A stretch of DNA of 58,815 bases from an uncultured Elusimicrobia bacterium (GTDB lineage Bacteria; Elusimicrobiota; Elusimicrobia; F11). Made by a program: the position numbers and the translations under genes. The stretch spans positions 1-58,815 of the forward strand of contig CAZCJA010000004.1 of NCBI GenBank assembly GCA_964499015.1. The letters are read 5' to 3'. Under the pieces are notes generated by a model that saw only the letters and a program-made list of their open reading frames with translations, was not told where the DNA came from and did no database searches. Positions 56,078 to 58,815 of this stretch are shown piece after piece (within the stretch, counting starts at the first letter, position 1; each line of letters begins with the position of its first letter).

Positions 56078-56362
56078 ATGTTTCAAGATCCCCGTAATTC
56101 TTGGTTTGTCTATATTGCCCAATGTGCCGATGGCTCACTGTATACCGGTATTACACAAAACGTCGAAAAACGAATCGAACGTCACAATTCCGGTTCAGGC
56201 GCACTCCATGTTCGAGCCCACGGACCGTTGAATTTTTTGTGGAAAGAAACTCAGCCGGATTTGTCAAAAGCCAGGCAGAGAGAAATGCAAATAAAAGGCT
56301 GGACTCGGCGAAAGAAGTTGGCTTTAGCAAAAGGCGACATGGAGCTTTTAAAGAAATTGTGA
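56078..56362 (+). CDS. GIY-YIG nuclease family protein (small, UPF0213/YhbQ-like)
   Basis: WFVYIAQCADGSLYTGITQNVEKRIERHNSG...REMQIKGW carries the GIY, YIG, Arg and Glu blocks. Start chosen at the ATG with the SD; the track start is 56048. Confidence 0.8.
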   Translation: MFQDPRNSWFVYIAQCADGSLYTGITQNVEKRIERHNSGSGALHVRAHGPLNFLWKETQPDLSKARQREMQIKGWTRRKKLALAKGDMELLKKL

Positions 56363-56368
56363 GAGTGT

Positions 56369-57430
56369 TTAAAAACGCTCTTCTTTTAAAACCGTCACCC
56401 GCCGATAATTTTCCTTCACCAACGCTCGAAACTCCTCGTCCGTCTTCATCCGTTTCACCAGCTCGCGCGCGATGTTGCGCGTGTCGCCCAGTTGATGGGA
56501 GAACATCACCAGATTGTGCCCGGCTTTGATCGCCGCGACGGTTCCGTCCGCCTTCGTCATGGCGGGGTCGGTTGTGTAAACCATTTCCGATATGTCGTCG
56601 GAGAGAATAAGGCCGCTGAATTGAAACAGGCCGCGCAGCAAATCGCGGGTCACGAGCGGTGAGAGAGTCGCCGTGCGCGTCGGGTCGATGTTCTCGTAGA
56701 CGCCGTGGCCGGTCATAACAAAGTCCGCGCCCGCGTCGATGCCGATCTTAAACGCGGAGAGCGATTCGGCAAATGTATTGGCGTCGACGTTCATGCGCGG
56801 CAGTTTTTGATGCGGGTCGTCGCGAAAAACGCCCAGGCCCGGAAAGTGTTTGAGTGTGGTCGAGATGCCGCGTTGCCGCGCGGCGGCGATAAAAGTGCGG
56901 TTCAACGTGTTCATCGTTTTCATGTCCTTGTAGAAACGCATGCGCTTTGCCATGAACGTGCGATCGTTAAATGCAAAATCCGTTAGCGGACCCAGGATTA
57001 CGTTTACACCCAGATCGTTCAGGACGGTGAGCCCGTCGTCGATGGATTTCTTGTCCGGATAGTGAGTGGAAGTGGAGCCGCCGAACAGTCCCAGGCGTTG
57101 TACGCCGCCCGGTTCCTCGTCGATCATGATGAAATAATTATGCGACGTCGTTTCCAGCGCGATTTGCTGAAGATCGTAAACGAGCTGCTTGTATTGATCA
57201 TGTGACTGAAAATTGCGTTTGTAGAGGATGATGCCGGCGGGTTTTATTTCCATCAGAAGGTCGCGCACCGAATCGGTGAGATTCTCCGGTGGAATGCCGA
57301 CCACGATATTTTGCCCGAGCCACGTGTCCCAGGGTTCCTTGTAAACTGGTTTGGAGCGGCACGCGGCCATAAAAAGGAGTGCGGAAAGCCCAAAAAGGCT
57401 GATTTTGCGGTGCATGCGACTATCGTACAT
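56369..57430 (-). CDS. nagZ: GH3 beta-N-acetylhexosaminidase (NagZ-like), probable lipoprotein
   Basis: IMIDEEPGGVQRL, KHFPGLGVFRDDPH, MTGHGVY. Lipobox LFMAAC. Start uncertain (57448 GTG, 57430 ATG or 57415 ATG). Confidence 0.8.
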   Translation of the reverse strand: MYDSRMHRKISLFGLSALLFMAACRSKPVYKEPWDTWLGQNIVVGIPPENLTDSVRDLLMEIKPAGIILYKRNFQSHDQYKQLVYDLQQIALETTSHNYFIMIDEEPGGVQRLGLFGGSTSTHYPDKKSIDDGLTVLNDLGVNVILGPLTDFAFNDRTFMAKRMRFYKDMKTMNTLNRTFIAAARQRGISTTLKHFPGLGVFRDDPHQKLPRMNVDANTFAESLSAFKIGIDAGADFVMTGHGVYENIDPTRTATLSPLVTRDLLRGLFQFSGLILSDDISEMVYTTDPAMTKADGTVAAIKAGHNLVMFSHQLGDTRNIARELVKRMKTDEEFRALVKENYRRVTVLKEERF

Positions 57431-57454
57431 ATTTGCTAAAAAGCCCACCTTCCC

Positions 57455-58815
57455 ATGAGCTCAATATCCGTCCTCATCCTGGCCGCCGGTAAAGGCGTGC
57501 GCATGAAATCGGCTAAGCCGAAAGTCCTCCACACGGTGGGCGGACGGCCGATGGTTGACGTTGTTTTGGGCCTGGCCTCGTCGCTAAAACCCGCGCAGAC
57601 CGCGGTCATTATCGGTCATCAAGGCGCGGAGGTTCGCGGCCACATTCAAAAAAACTGGAAAACCGTTTTTTTCACCCAGTCCGTTCTCGATGGTTCGGGC
57701 GGCGCGGTGCGCCGGGCTTTATCGTGGCTGAAAAAACAGCGAGGAAACGTTTTGGTCACGTGCGGCGACATGCCGCTCCAGCAAGCGGAGAGTTTGCGTG
57801 CCCTAATTAAGGAACACAACAAGTCGAAAAGCATGGCCACTGTGCTTACGGCCAACGTGGACAATCCCGGCAGTTACGGCCGCATCGTCCGCCGCCGCGA
57901 TGGAACGGTCGAGCGTATCGTCGAGGCATTGGACGCCAGCCCACGCGAAAAAACGATCAACGAGATCAACACGGGTACCTATTGTTTTAACGCCAAGGCG
58001 CTCGCCAAGATGCTGCCCCGCCTCAAGAACAACAACGCCAAAAAAGAATATTACCTGACCGACGTTTTGGAGCTGCTACAGAAGGATGGCGGGAAAGTCA
58101 GCGCCGTCGTGTGCTTGGACGCCAATGAATCCCTGGGCGTGAACCGCCGCCGCGACCTGGCGCTGGTCGAAAACGCGCTGCGGCACCGCAAGCTGCACGA
58201 ACTCATGGACGCGGGCGTCACCATCGTCGACCCGGCCACCACCTACATTGACGCCGCCGCCAAAATCGGTCCCGATACCGTCATTTTGCCCCAAACCTAT
58301 ATTTTTGGCGCCACCAAAATTGGCACCGGCTGCCGCATCGGCCCGTGGGCGCATATCACCAATTCAATAATCGAAAACGACGTGATTTTACAGGCCAGTT
58401 TCGTGGAAGAGGCCCGCATCCGCAACGGCGCTTTGGTGGGCCCGTATTCCCGCGTGCGCACCGGCAGCGACATTGGTGAAAAAGCGCATTTGGGGAACTT
58501 CTCGGAGATGAAAAAGACGCGCCTCGGCGCCGGCGCCAAGGCCAACCACCTCTCGTATTTAGGGGATGCAAAAATAGGTAAAAATGTTAATATCGGCGCC
58601 GGAACAATCACCTGCAACTACGACGGCATTCGCAAATCTCCAACCATTATTGAAGATAACGCGTTTATCGGCTCGAACAGTAATTTAATTGCTCCTGTTC
58701 GCGTGGGGGCCCATTCTGTTGTCGGAGCGGGTTCCAGCATCACGCGCAATGTGCCGGCCTGGGCGCTCGCGGTGGAGCGGTCTCAGACCGTGACCAAGCG
58801 CGGTTGGGCCAAGAA
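57455..58815 (+). CDS. glmU: bifunctional UDP-GlcNAc pyrophosphorylase / GlcN-1-P N-acetyltransferase (3' end beyond window)
   Basis: This gene is absent from the ORF track because there is no stop in the window. My own translation from ATG 57455 gives MSSISVLILAAGKGVRMKSAKPKVLHTVGGRPM..., YGRIVR, EINTGTYCF, then left-handed beta-helix hexapeptide repeats to the window end. Confidence 0.9.
   Translation, partial: MSSISVLILAAGKGVRMKSAKPKVLHTVGGRPMVDVVLGLASSLKPAQTAVIIGHQGAEVRGHIQKNWKTVFFTQSVLDGSGGAVRRALSWLKKQRGNVLVTCGDMPLQQAESLRALIKEHNKSKSMATVLTANVDNPGSYGRIVRRRDGTVERIVEALDASPREKTINEINTGTYCFNAKALAKMLPRLKNNNAKKEYYLTDVLELLQKDGGKVSAVVCLDANESLGVNRRRDLALVENALRHRKLHELMDAGVTIVDPATTYIDAAAKIGPDTVILPQTYIFGATKIGTGCRIGPWAHITNSIIENDVILQASFVEEARIRNGALVGPYSRVRTGSDIGEKAHLGNFSEMKKTRLGAGAKANHLSYLGDAKIGKNVNIGAGTITCNYDGIRKSPTIIEDNAFIGSNSNLIAPVRVGAHSVVGAGSSITRNVPAWALAVERSQTVTKRGWAK

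Noticed and set aside
1-58815. Looked for CRISPR arrays, transposases, integrases, prophage genes, toxin-antitoxin pairs and known defence-system genes
   Set aside because: None recognised. The only short repeated units are the GA/CT-rich palindromes and the promoter motif reported above. The GIY-YIG gene is the only nuclease-like accessory gene.

Overview
This is a 58.8-kb GC-rich chromosomal segment (by eye roughly 55-60% GC, with a few AT-richer genes). It comes from a diderm bacterium, since it encodes many OM beta-barrels, lipoproteins and LolA/LolB-like folds. The lineage is probably uncultivated and sorts surface proteins through T9SS-style C-terminal domains. I call about 54 protein genes and 2 tRNAs (Tyr-GTA, Gln-TTG). 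I recognised no rRNA, CRISPR array, transposase, integrase or phage gene. Layout: (i) 1-13.4 kb is a cell-surface block with a type-B-CTD protein, a 1308-aa CBM/Ig/(alpha/alpha)6 protein and a 2502-aa multi-module membrane protein. (ii) 13.7-25.1 kb is housekeeping (aroD, DnaQ-like exonuclease, ABC-2 exporter, DsbA-like, nfo, Memo-like, rlmI, two GT-C glycosyltransferases, tRNA-Tyr, yceI). (iii) 25.1-38.1 kb holds two divergent operons, each containing a PorV/PorQ-like barrel next to CTD-tagged cargo. One carries an alkaline phosphatase; the other carries a set of proteins built from CxxCH...WIxxGA modules. A convergent OM barrel with its own CxxCH follows. (iv) 38.2-46.2 kb is a stress island (PilZ, Dps, ElaB-like, small OMPs, Fe/Mn-SOD-like, ECF sigma/anti-sigma/RseB-like) with three copies of an ECF-type promoter motif. 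(v) 46.2-58.8 kb is a tightly packed housekeeping array (folP, nudix, gatB, acpS, nnrD, thiL, tsaE, tsaB, rimI, TPR protein, ispE, tRNA-Gln, GIY-YIG, nagZ-like, glmU). The leads most worth follow-up are the giant ChaN-like/FBPase-class-3-like/GT35-like fusion, the CxxCH-module plus T9SS-CTD cluster, the ECF regulon motif, and nested GA/CT-rich double-hairpin repeats lying inside coding regions. All product calls rest on motif recognition by eye; no database search was run.
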